A DNA stretch of 51,743 bases, the filler included, from Bipalium vagum (Eukaryota), in the NCBI GenBank assembly GCA_037834085.1. It is 3 parts of 3 records of this genome, joined end to end, with 100 filler letters (N's around TTAATTAATTAA, not from the genome) between each part and the next. Parts side by side here need not be neighbours in the genome. Positions count along the whole stretch, not along the records: positions 1 to 15,625 come from JBBMKC010155060.1; positions 15,726 to 32,948 come from JBBMKC010074186.1; 1 more part is not named here. One strand, written 5' to 3'. Positions 13,700-25,607 of this stretch are shown piece after piece. Every line of letters starts with the position of its first letter. The stretch's first letter is position 1. The notes under the pieces were generated by a model. That model saw only the letters and a list, made by a program, of their open reading frames with translations, ran no database searches and was not told the DNA's origin. The position numbers and the translations under genes are program-made.

Positions 13700-14400
13700 T
13701 ACCAGGAAAGATTATGACTACCGTCTTCTGGGATGCGAGAGGTATTTCGATTATCGGTTATCTTGGAGCAGATAAAACAGTCAACTTCGACTATTATGTT
13801 AAGCTATTGGTTCAGTTGAATGAAGAACAAAATCTGATCCAGGCTGTCCGTAAAATACATGAGTGGTTTGAAAAGTTTGCGAAATGAAGTATAAAGAAAT
13901 TTGTATAACCAAGGCATCATCTTTATCGTAAAACTGAATTATTAATATTAATATTAATTTCAAATATCAAATCAATTGGTAGTATTTGTTTTCCTACACA
14001 AATTTAAATTAACTAATTTTAACTATTTTAGAAAATGGACAAATTTGAAATCCAAGCAGTGATCAAATATTAGGTAAAAAAATATTTAATTACCGAAATC
14101 CAACTATTAATTACGTGTACAATGGCAAAAATAAATGAATTAAAGTAAAGTTTTTAAAAATATCCAATATTCACCGATTTGGCTCCCTTTAACTTTCACT
14201 TGATCATGAAAATATTTCTTGGTGGAAAGTGCTTTTCCACAACAGAGGAGATTCCAATTTTGGGAGGGCATAATGGCCCTTAAATTATCGTTGGCAGAAG
14301 TGCATTGATCTAAATGCAGTTTATATTAAAATATAATTTAATTTTGTTAAAATAAAATTTTTTTTTCTTTTTCATTTCGTGAACTTTTTAAATCATCCTT
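13700..14400 (+). mobile_element. Scrambled, internally deleted mariner remnants
   Basis: GKIMTTVFWDARG..KTVNFDYYVKLL; MDKFEIQAVIKY at about 14035; frameshifted YSPDLAP-like motif at about 14170; RWQKCIDLNA terminus; TIR-like tttcatttcgtgaactttt. Confidence 0.8.
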
Positions 14401-14653
14401 GGTCATTTAATGAAATATTTTAATTAAAAATTGTTCCATCATTTAATGGATTAAAATGTTTAATTTCGAATATTAATGACTGAAAAAAATTCGAAACACT
14501 TTCATAAAAAAATTATTATTATTTAAAAAATTTTGTTGCCAATTAATAAAAAGCGTTTGTTGGAAAAATAAATTGATTATGTCCACAAGATTAAAATTTA
14601 AACATTTTCAACGTAATAATATTGTTACGCAATTATTTTACTATGAACGCTAT

Positions 14654-14975
14654 TGTAACACGTAGCTCGTAAAGTTTACTGACCCCTTCACTTTTGTCAA
14701 AATGTATACGTAAATGAATGAATCACAGCAACTACAAACAACACTTTATTAACGAAGTAACAAAGAAATGTCTCGAATGATCAAATCAAATGAGCAATAA
14801 AAATGTCTGCAAATTACGCAATCAAATAACTCTACAAAATCAAAATAAATAAAAAGAATCAATCAATAATCGAATACTATTAAATCACAATGTTAATCAA
14901 ATGTCTTAATTTAAAACAGAAAATCTAAAAAGAAATAATAATAATAATAATAATAATAAAAAGAAATAATAAATC
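14654..14975 (-). mobile_element. Putative LTR with adjacent structured internal sequence
   Basis: Begins tgtaaca; strong strand skew; AATAAA on the minus strand; no coding support. Confidence 0.3.
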
Positions 14976-15625
14976 CTCTCACCGATCTGTCGACGACAGA
15001 TTCAAAGGGTGGTTTGCTGAGCCCAATCCAGTTCGCTCAGAAAACCCCTAATACCACTGGACCCGTCGTAAGCTATGCCCCTCCTGTCGCATAGAGGTCA
15101 TAAAGATTGATATACCAAGTAAAATTTGAATTTCTTCTGGCGTAGTTTTGTTAAATTGTTTCGCAGTAATTTCTTCTGACTTGGTTTCCTTCGAAGAATT
15201 TTGTGGCCATCCACTGCGGATTCCAATTTTTAAATACTATTCTGTTCAGATGACTAATCAGTCATAGACCAGCTTGATTAATGGGGAATGTCAATTCCCT
15301 TTTTAGATAATAAATTACTAAATCGGTCCCTCCTTGCGGACCCTGATTTAATCTTGGTAATATAGGTTCGCCCTTGTCAAGATTAGATGCCTAAAAAAAA
15401 TAAATAGTTGTCTTTTTTCTTTTTAATTAACTTTTCATTATTATTTTAATATTATTATTTTTATTATTACTGAACCTTTTGTGGTCTCAATAATTAATTA
15501 ATAATAATAAATAATCTAGACTCTTTGCAGTCGTTGTCATTTAATTTGTAAAGCTTGTCCACGATGAAATTGTCGCATTTTAAAACTTAAATAATATCAA
15601 CACCAAACAATATATTTGCAAACAA

Positions 15626-15725
15626 NNNNNNNNNNNNNNNNNNNNNNNNNNNNNNNNNNNNNNNNNNNNTTAATTAATTAANNNNNNNNNNNNNNNNNNN
15701 NNNNNNNNNNNNNNNNNNNNNNNNN
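15626..15725. other. Artificial assembly linker (N44-TTAATTAATTAA-N44)
   Basis: Exactly 100 nt with a six-frame stop cassette; identical to 32949-33048. Confidence 0.98.
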
Positions 15726-15855
15726 TTTTAAAGAATTAGACAATCTTTATTATTATAAATAATTTTAAAACTATAATTGGTAATTCTATTGAATTACACA
15801 ATAAAAAAAAATATATTTTAAACTCAAAGTTTTAATTAATATTCTTGAAATTAAG

Positions 15856-16178
15856 TGTTAGGGTTAAGCCCTAAAATCAATTAACTTATTAAGGTGGTGA
15901 ATTATCTTCTAGAGGGCTTTTCAGACGTTGATATTTTAATCAACGCGAAAAGATTCTGTTCGTTAATTAATCGTAAAATAAGGGAAAAGATTTCTTGTAG
16001 CGGATTGTCGTAAAAGCAATCACTCTTTAAATTGTAAAAACTAATTTGTAGTCTCAATAAAATTTGTAAAGATAATAGTTATCTCAGTTAATTTAAATTC
16101 ATTCAATCGAACACATATAAAAGTCAACCTTCTACTCGTTAAGCTCTTCGTCTTTGCTCCACTTTAAGAGACTTAACA
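15856..16178 (+). mobile_element. Putative solo LTR (about 320 bp)
   Basis: tgtta..taaca termini; internal AATAAA; gttatctcagtt.atttaaat shared with the inverted copy at 50650-50680; no clear TSD. Confidence 0.5.
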
Positions 16179-17184
16179 ATTTTTTGATTTAAAAATTCTT
16201 ATTGGTTTTCTATTAATGGTAACTTGATGTTATCATATTATTATTTTTCTTTAAAATATAATTTACAGGTAGTATTAATAATAATTCCTACATAAAAATA
16301 AATAAATATAATCGCTACTAATACTAATACATGTTATTACTATATCTTATCTTATTTATTAATACTAATATTCATACATGTCATTACTATACCTTTATCA
16401 TGCTATTTCACTTCTTTTTGTTTATTAATTTTTATTATTTAATTATCGTTTTATTATTTACAAATCAGTCAAAATCGATTTTTCTTTAATACATATATTA
16501 TATCAAATAAAAAAGGCAATACAATGCTATGATTATAGAAGTACAATACAGCATTAAGCATCACTTGATTATAGAAGTTCAAAACAACATTAAGAATCAC
16601 AATATATAAAAAGGTTAATACAATGTCAAATGTTTCAATTATGGATTTATTGATCACTTGGAGGGATTGGGACTGATGGTTTTAGTAGATTGGGTGGGTT
16701 TGGTCGTAGTCTCCACAATACTAATACTCGTTTTAGTCTATATCTAAAATTTGTTATTGGTTTATCTATATATTAAATGTTGTACAAATTTTATTATCCA
16801 ATGGCGGAATAATTTTAACACTATCTTATTTTTTCTCAAAAAAATCTTTTTTCTCTATTTCTTTCTTGATCACTTAATAATTATTTACAAGAATGAAAAT
16901 AATATTCATAATGAAATTTTCTAAAATTTTCAATGAGATTTTTCACATTTTTTACATTTTCTGAGATTAATTTTTAGCTGTGCATTTTAACTTTAAAAAC
17001 TAACAGACTTCTTTGAAAGATTCACTTGAGCCCATTTGACACTTAAATTGGTGCACAACATTTGTTTTATTAAAAGGGTTTAAGAATTTTAAATGTAATT
17101 CTCCCGGATGTTTTCTTCTTGCATTTTTAGAAAATAACCTGGACAAACAATAATAGATAATAAAAGTGAAGAAAGAATTCCTGA

Positions 17185-17350
17185 ATCGACTGATTTATTA
17201 CAATGGAGGAAAAAAACTTAATGAACGTTTCCCAAAAACAATCTACTTTGGCAAAGAGAACTTTGTGCCTTCAGGCAACTTTGGTTTCAAGTGAAAGAAT
17301 CTTTAGCTCTGTTAGTTTCATTGCTACAAGACGCGTTTATTACTCGAATC
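17185..17350 (+). mobile_element. hAT transposase C-terminal dimerization-domain remnant
   Basis: DLLQWRKKLNERFPK..LAKRTLCLQATLVSSERIFSSVSFIAT (one frameshift) matches WW..FP.L..LA..L.IPATS..SER.FS. Confidence 0.8.
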
Positions 17351-17687
17351 TAATTCCGTTAACTCGCAAACTTTTTTTTTAATAATTGGTTATTCGAATA
17401 TATGTATTTAATAAAATGTTTTAAAATAAATGTATATTATTTATGATTGCTTTGATTTTCATTTTGAAAGTTAACCTTTAATTAATTATTATTTTTCATA
17501 AAGCTAAATATTAAATTTTTTAGTCGTTAACAACCATAATAAATAAATATTTTAAAATGTATATTATTTTAGATTAACATTCTAAATTAATATTTTAAAA
17601 TTTAAATATTGTTTTAATAATTGTTTAAATAATATGAAATACATCTTTCAAATTTTATCTTAAGCAATTAATTTTAAATTTCAAGTT

Positions 17688-19820
17688 ATGAGGACCAGAC
17701 AATCAAACAAAAGTTTAAAGCTGAACAAAAATAAACCAAAATTACAAACGAGTAACAGTTTGATGTCTAAACAGGACTCATCATATGAATGTATAATACA
17801 AAATTCTGAATATATTCAAATGGTTCCAAAATTAATTATTAAAAAAAAGAAAAAACCCAGTCTTTCAAAGCAGAATTCAATTAAAAATTTTTTATGTGAA
17901 AATAAAATAAATCACTTTAATAAGGAACAGACAAAAAATGATACAGAAATGGATAGTTCATTGTCAAAATCAAGTAATATTGATTATATTGAAGAAGAAT
18001 CCAAGTCATTTTTACCCGAAGATATTGTTAAAATGCACATTCTAAAATGCTCAAATTATTCAAAAATTATTAATTGTAAGGATATTTATGAAAACTTGTG
18101 TAAAGTGACAGATGATAGATCGAAGTGCTGGAATGAACTATATTCTCCAGATAGTATTATAAGATTTTTATCAAGGAATTCCGAAGAGGTTTCTAAATTA
18201 AAAAAATGGTTGAAAAGTTGGAAAATCAAGAAATGCGTAAAGAAACAGAAGAAATGTCGTTATTCCAAAGACAGTGATTTCGAGTCCGATTCATTTGAAG
18301 ATAATATAGTCTATAAGAGCTTACCACCAGTTTGTATCATTGAAGGATCCTGTGGATCAGGTAAGTCCAGTCTTGTCTATATTGCAGCTACTGAATTAAA
18401 TTACAAAGTATTCGAAATGAATTGTAGCAGTAAGCGAGCAAGTGTTAATTTTGAAAAAATGAGAAATGCAGCTGAAAATAAATTTGTTACTCTTAACGGA
18501 GTTGGAAGTCATTCTAATATTGAACAGGCTTCTAACACACGAAAAAGAAAAATGCCAATTACATCTGAAGCCGTTTCAAAGAAATTCAAGTCAATGCAAT
18601 ATGATTCCACAAACACTCTTAGTCCAAAATTGGAACTCGGAAATTGTTCTCTGTTTCTATTTGATGACGCAGATGTTGTGATGGAGGAAGACAAGGGATT
18701 TTGGGCGAGTGTGTGTGATTTAGCGCGTAAAGAGACTCGTCCAATAATTCTTACAGGTACCGATTCTATTGAAATCCAGAAATTAGTTCACAAACTCCGA
18801 AAAAAGTCACATATAACTGTAAAACTCGATAAGAATTTGTTCTCAGATGTGGCAGTTTATTTGCAATTAATTCTGTTGTCAAGGGGGCATGTTGTGGAAC
18901 ATGAAGATATGCTTCAATGGATTCTAGGGTTTTCAGGTCCAATACCAGATATTCGGTCATGCTTAAACAATCTTCAATTTTCTTTTGTAAATAATCAGCT
19001 AAATTTTCAACATAAACTTCAATTTTATCATTGGAGTCATTCTATGGACTTTCAAATGTTGTTGGAACAAGATAGAGACAGTTCTATCAAAGTTTCAAAT
19101 ATAAAATCAGTATCAGAGGAAAAAAAAGAAAATCAGGTAAATTTCTGGTCATTAATTAATTCATGTTTTACTTTTTTAATGAAAATCAAAAATTTATTAT
19201 AAATTTTAGAATATCGTCAATAAACGAGATCTTCGTTCTATAGCTTTGCAGTTGGACAAAGTTTGCAGTATCGATTCTCTATCGAATTTTAAATCCAGAA
19301 CAAAAAACACTAATTTAAAAGTCATTGAAAGAAATACAACATTTAATCGACTGGGTAAATCGTACCATAACAGCAGTGTGGAAACATTGTCAGAAATATC
19401 AGACACTTTGAAATCGTTGTACAATTCCTGCTTACCAATCTCTCCTACCATAACCAGTACCGACTATGGGAACTTTGCTAAAAAATACTTTCTATCGCAA
19501 TTGAAGCATAATCAGAAATGGATAGACGACGTCGAATCGCCAGCAGATATTGAGAAACGCTTGACCAAATCGATTTATCTCAAGTCAGCTGTGAGTGATG
19601 TAAGAGATCGGTTGGACAGGTTTTACACTCTGAAAACGATTGCTCGTTACGAAAACAAACGGAAAATCAATTTCCCTCGACGGAAGTAAGGCTATTATTA
19701 TTTTTTAAATGGTAATGTTTATGAAATATTTCAAGATTTTTTCATTACTTTAGGCGTGCTCGGATGAATTTTACGGAATCTGATCTCAGTTATTTGTCAA
19801 AACAGTTTGAAGATCTCTGA
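17688..19820 (+). CDS. ATAD5: ATAD5/Elg1, large subunit of the PCNA-unloading RFC-like complex; join(17688..19136,19210..19685,19736..19820), 669 aa
   Basis: WNELYSP..LKKWLKSWK; Walker A GSCGSGKS; ATELNYKVFEMNCSSKR; LFLFDDAD..EEDKGFW..TRPIILT; C-terminal RRKFFHYF after splicing; GT-AG introns of 73 and 50 nt keep frame; AATAAA at about 19835. Confidence 0.92.
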
Positions 19821-20480
19821 ATCTTTGGTTCATTAATAAATTTTTATATTTTCGAGAATTCAGAATCATTCTTAATTTATTTTCATTGTTTGTTTACAAA
19901 CATTTAATGTAAAGTCGAATTTTGTAAAATCAAAAATTATTATTTAATCACACTTAATAATTCGTTTCGTGTTGAGTAGCTGAGCCAGTTTCTATTTTGA
20001 TTGATCCTAAATATCCCATTTTTTGCAAATGGGACCAGGGAATTAATAAGAGGGCGGTAAAAATGAAAGGTTCCATAGTAAAATATTACACAATAGCTAT
20101 ATATAATTTATAAAAATATAAATTTTGAAAAAAATTTTTAATAAACCTAAAAATATAGGTTTATATATTAAGCAAAAATTTAGTCTCTTCGGTTATTTTT
20201 GGCAGGTTACCAAAATGTGACTTGCTTGTAAAAATAAATTAACACATGAAAAGATCATTTTTCAACATTTTCTGTCACTGTTTATAAATCGTTGAAGGAC
20301 CATTTCGGATTGAATTTCTGTTAAAGTAACTATACGATTAAAAAGTCAATCCTCAATGGTCAAATCCAAATCGAACACTTCATCATGGCTAATTTTATCT
20401 ATTAGATCTACCTCATTTGTTAATTTTTCATAATTTGCCATTTCAATGGGTACTATTGTGTGGGTTTGTTTAAAGATTAT

Positions 20481-21444
20481 TATGGAGGGTGATTAAGAAC
20501 TTACTAACCTAGTTCATGTACCTTCCGATGGGTTTTGATTGAAACGTTTTTCCTTGCATTGTCATGGTGTAGAATAACACCCTTTCGATTGGCTAAATTC
20601 GGATATTTATTTTGTATTTCATATGATAATCGTGTCAATTGTTCACAGTACAGATCTCGTGTAATTGTTTCACCAGGTAACAATTCGAAATGTACAATTC
20701 CCTTGCAATTCCACCAAATAGAAATCATGGTCTTTTTTGCATGGATATTCGGTTTTGATGTGGTAGGAACTGGTTCACCTGGTAAAACATAGACTTTTTT
20801 ACGCGTGACATTACTGTAACGAATCCATTTTTCGTCTCCGGTTATCAACCTGTCTTAAAATGCATCGTTTTCATATCGTAAAAGAGAAGAACATGCAAAA
20901 ACCCGATCCATTTTATTTTTTTCTGTGAGATCATGTACCCATTTAGACCACTTTTGAATAAATACTAGTTTATGTATTGGTTGTAATAGCTGTTTGTGAA
21001 ACCTGGAGTCTCCTCGCTTATTCCCTTGTAGTAGAAAAAGGGTCTGGTTTTAATTCAGACTTTAAGGTGGAGTCATAAACAACAGCCTGAACGTGGTTTA
21101 TCTTCCAAGCTGAAATTTTCATTTTTGGAATTTTTGAAACCAGAACCGAACTGTTCTTTTTTACAGTTTCCTTTCCGAATACCTCTTACAAATTTCTGGT
21201 TGCCTCAGTCGCACTGTTCTTCTTCTGAAATTCGTACAAGATACAATGTCTTATATCTTCTTTATCATAATTCATTTTAGCGCTTATAAAATAGAAAGAT
21301 AATTCAGATAATCAAATGATTTCTTTGTTAATATAATTTTATATATTACTCAAATGATAATATTTATTGTAATGCATCAAGATATTTTTTATTTGAGTTA
21401 TAACATAATATTAAAAATTGGCAAGAACTTTACGTTCAACCTAA
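20481..21444 (-). mobile_element. mariner (cecropia/Hsmar1-like), 3' truncated pseudogene
   Basis: TIR ttaggttgaacgtaaagttcttgcc preceded by TA; ATG at 21275 MNYDKEDIRHCILYEF; ITGDEKWIRY, ISIWWNCKG, LHHDNAR, HPP. Confidence 0.93.
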
Positions 21445-21449
21445 TAGAA

Positions 21450-22445
21450 GCTGAGATCGGTGATAAAATGAGAAACATTACTTTCAGGATAGTGGACCAT
21501 ATCATATACAACATAATCGGAGGTGTAGAAATTATCGAAGGAACTACAGCAAAAATTTGGATTGGCTGATATTGGGTGCACGGACCTGTTGAAATAAAAG
21601 ATTTTTACGAAAGGAAACCATTAATGTGAAACCATGGAGACAACCGGTTCATTTGAAAAAAAATAGTTGAGGCTATTTCAAACTTGGATAAAAATAAAAT
21701 CATAAAAAGATGTAATTCTCCTTGGAATACGCCGCTCAGAGAAAGTGAAGAAATATATTTCCGAAAATTTTGACATGGAAAGATTGTCTAGTACGGTTGG
21801 GGTAAATATAAGACAGTTCAAGACGTGTCAAAGAGTCAAGACGGTTACAACACCACGAAGTCAAAACCCAGTAAAAATCTCATCGATAGAACCATTCGAA
21901 AAAGTATACGTGGATATTTGTGGACCACTATAAGAAAAATTTCACAAAAAAGGTATATCCTGGCAATCATAGATCGTTTAGTACGTACATAATGCTTTTG
22001 GCTGTAGCAAGAGAAGACGACTATACAGTCGTCGAGATTTTCCGAAATAACTGGATCCTAAAGTTTGGTGCTCCAAAAGAGTTACATGCTGATTGCGGGA
22101 AATGTTTGATTCCCAAGAATTTCAGAAGCTGGCAGTAGACATACGAGCAGACCTGATCTTCTCTAATCCGCTTAACGGCAATTTCGTGCCATTAGAGAGT
22201 ATGTAAACGCAACTCTAAAAGATAAAAAGAAAACCGATTGGGCAAATATTTTACAAAAAATAGAGTATACTAAACGCATCTGTACAGAGGGACACACATA
22301 TGAGTCCGGTGGAGTTAGTTTTGGGCCGGAAAGTAAATAGAGAAAGATGGTTCAGTAGGAATCAAATAGCTAGAGAGGAGGCCATTCAGAAAATCAGAGA
22401 AGAATCACGAGAGTTGGGAAATCAAGAAACTAGAAGGAAGTTTAC
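21450..22445 (+). mobile_element. Ty3/gypsy pol remnant (start of RT joined by deletion to integrase)
   Basis: PWRQPVHL..IIKRCNSPWNTP; TCQRVK..PFEKVYVDICGPL..WILKFGAPKELHAD..SPVELVLGRK. Confidence 0.88.
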
Positions 22446-23004
22446 AGTCTTGTTCAGCTGTGTAATGTATTGTGTAATATACACATGCGAAATTGGAGGA
22501 TTCCTATTTGATGACATAGGACCAACCAGATTCAAGCTTGGTATTACATGGAAATGCAAAAAATTTCCAAATCGAGAAAATCACCAATTCAAGAACCGAT
22601 CCAAATGATGATGTCCCAGATAGATTTCCGGAAAATTCTCAACCGTGCAACAGTGGATATGCACCAGAACATCTATGATGACCTTTTTTCTTCCATTGGA
22701 AAAAAATTTTACAGCATGTGGGCTTTATTCTTTGCTGAGGGAGTTTTACTTCATGCAGAATGGGCTAAATTTGATTTCCTGAGATACTGTTTGCCGAAAT
22801 TGCTCCAGATGCAAATCTTGAATTATGGACCATTTTTATATATGTGGAATGATATTTTTTTACTTGTATTATGCCTGTTTTTTCGCCATCTCCTCTGGGT
22901 TTTTTTACTACAAAACTTGCTTTTTACACTAAATGTTCAATTATTGAGGCTCATTACTCTTTTTTCACTATTTTTAAACTATTCAACCTTTCGCCATGAA
23001 ATCT

Positions 23005-23064
23005 GTGACAGGGACCCATTCGTCTCCTGCGAGATCTCGTCTGGCAAAGGTGGCAAAAATCGGT
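23005..23064 (+). ncRNA. Degenerate HDV-like self-cleaving ribozyme candidate at the 5' end of the R2-like element
   Basis: P1 tgacagg/ctcgtct, P2 acccatt/aatcggt, P3 gtc/gat, L3 tcctgcga, GG for P1.1, short P4, J4/2 gCaaa; several mismatches. Confidence 0.45.
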
Positions 23065-24117
23065 TGGGAGTTAACAGTTGATACCACCATTAAACCTCCA
23101 GGGATTGTTGACAGACCTTCACAGGGCCCTCTGTCCTCCGGGTGATCTTGAACCCCCGGAATCCCCCTGTGTTGATCTTGATCCGGGGGTTGATATAGAT
23201 GACAACGTCAGAGTCGTTGTTCCCTCTGGTGGAATACTCACTCATTTATAGTGATCCGTTTCTGCCATTGAAAAGTAAGGTTGCTTGTCAGATGGATATA
23301 TCTTTGCCTCCTATCACTTGTGACCAATGTGTCCAAACGGAGGATTGTATCCGTTCCGCGGGGCCCTCCACAATCAAAGGTACATCCAGCCAACGTACAT
23401 TTCACATCAACACACTTCAGAGATTCGGACCTCTGTTCAGTCTTTTCAGCAACTCCGCGATGATTTCTCAATCGTCAACTCCTCTCTTCAGTATGAGCTC
23501 GAGTAAATTGACTCCCTCTGCTTCCGAATGAGGGCCCCCTTTCATCCTTCATTGGACTTCCTAATCAAAAAACAATTTCGCCTGTGATCTCCCACCGTTC
23601 CCCAGACGGCTCTGATATTTCTTCGCTCCTCGAGTGATCTCCATCGCGTCAAACCCGGCTTCCCCGGAAATTCTGGAAGTTGAAGTGGACAGTCACGATT
23701 CGTATTTCCTTTCTCCGAACCAGACAATTGATCTTGGTGCCATTAACGTCTTTGGTAGCACAGATCAAGAAATGCCGATCATTAAGGCTGCCCTCTCTGT
23801 CGACCTGCTTAACCAGAAAGAGCTTCACGTGTGCTTCCTGGATGTTGCGGAGGCAATTCCCAGCCTGCCACACGAGCTCATCTGGCTCACTCTTCTTATG
23901 TCTTGAATGGCGCACATTGACGTTAACCTTTTAAAGAAAATCTATAACGACAACTCGACCTTCTATGTATGCCACCATTTCACCACGTCATCCAGAGCCA
24001 TACATAGAGAGGTTAAACAGAGCTGTCCGTTGTCCATGTCCCTATTTTATTTGGCAATCAATTTTCTGCTGAACCACTTTATCAACTATCCTGGTCGCCT
24101 TCAGGTCTCCGATGATA

Positions 24118-25607
24118 TACTGATCGTCATAATTTTCTAACATTACATATTTTAGTATTATACAAATAAAATGTTTAATTTTTGTCAAATTGTGCCAGTA
24201 TGATAGAAGTAGTTTTGTAAGCCACATATGTCATATTTTCCATGCAATTATTATAATGTGCTATAAATAAAATAACTAAGGTAAATAATGTACATTTTTA
24301 AAAAAAGCATAATTTTTTTTAAAACACCTAATATTTATTAAGAGCATATTATTTGTTAAATAAGGAACCTCTTTTTAATAAAACTGTACATAAACGTCTT
24401 ATATAAGATTTATACAAATCTGTGATTTTTGCACGTTGGTATTTTTTAATGTCATACACAACATGTTTCAGTTTTGCTGACAATTCTTTGATATTTTGAA
24501 ATTGTGGACCGTCTTAGACCTGATCTGAAATTAATTTCCAAATATCCTCAGCAATGTTCAAATCAGGACTTTTAGCTGGTCAAATTAAAATATTAATACC
24601 ATTAGATTTCATAAATTCTTTGACTTTGGCGGATTTGTGAACAGGAGATATGTCCTCTTGTAGCCAAAAATCTGTACCAAAATTTTATTTTAAAATTGTA
24701 CTTGTTCTTAGCAGTTCTATATATGAATCTAAATTAAATTTCCCTTTGATAACATTATAGGACAGTAAGTCATTGGGTAGTGTCTTCATCCAAACGATAA
24801 TACCGCCACCCCTGCATTGTCTGCGCTGTCGACTTATATCTTCATTTTTTGAAATATATGTTCGCCAATCATTACGGCCATCTAAACTAAATCATTTTTC
24901 GTCCGTAAAAAAAGTTTTTTCCCATAGATGATTTTTACTTAGATGATTTTTACTTACTTTCGCTAATCAGTCTTCCTTATGCTTCTTACTTAAATAAATC
25001 ATTGATGATATTTTTTTAATATCTCATTCCAATTCTTTTCATGTGCCTTTGAATAGTTGAAACAGAAATACTCAAATCACATTCATTTTTCAATTTCATT
25101 GCATTTACCTTCTTCTTGCTTTCTTTTAATAAGTAATTTCTCTCCCTTATTTATTGTAAATTTTAGTCCACGTTTCTTGCAGACATCCTTCTTTACATAG
25201 GCACATAAATTAATTGCGGAATTTCTTGATATCTTCATAATTTTCGCAATTTGACAGTAACTGAAACCGTCTTCTTTCAAAGCCAAGGCTTTTGTTTTTT
25301 CAGACAAACTTTTCATTTAATTACTAAAATTTAAAACATATAATGCACAAATGTTAAATAATTACATTTGGTTTAATTAAATATTATTAAATGCATAATA
25401 AGTAACTGTTTTAAAAATTATGATTTATTTTAAAATGTTTATTTCAACAAAAACTTAATATATATTATTTAAACAATTAATATTTCTATTAAAATAAAAT
25501 ATATATTACTTTGAAGTGATATACAATACATTTGACCTAGAAATTATACTTTAATAAAATTATATAACATGAATTATGTAGTGTTAGAAAAATTATGACG
25601 ATCAGTA
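24118..25607 (-). mobile_element. Tc1 (DD34E-type) transposon with both TIRs and TA target duplication; transposase decayed
   Basis: TIRs tactgatcgtcataattttctaaca / tgttagaaaaattatgacgatcagta, each flanked by TA; MKSLSEKT..GFSYCQIAK; FTDEK.FSLDG; GGGIIVW; LQED.SPVH; PAKSPDLNIAE. Confidence 0.93.

Noticed and set aside
15626-15725. TTAATTAATTAA palindrome inside N runs (also 32949-33048)
   Set aside because: Artificial six-frame-stop contig linker; adjacency across these gaps is not biological evidence
16500-16605. 36-bp two-copy repeat, considered as CRISPR-like
   Set aside because: Adjacent diverged tandem units without spacers, in eukaryotic DNA with no cas genes
22548-23081. 177-aa hydrophobic ORF
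   Set aside because: No recognisable domain; hydrophobicity reflects T-rich DNA; the opposite strand has only a vague zinc-finger-like fragment
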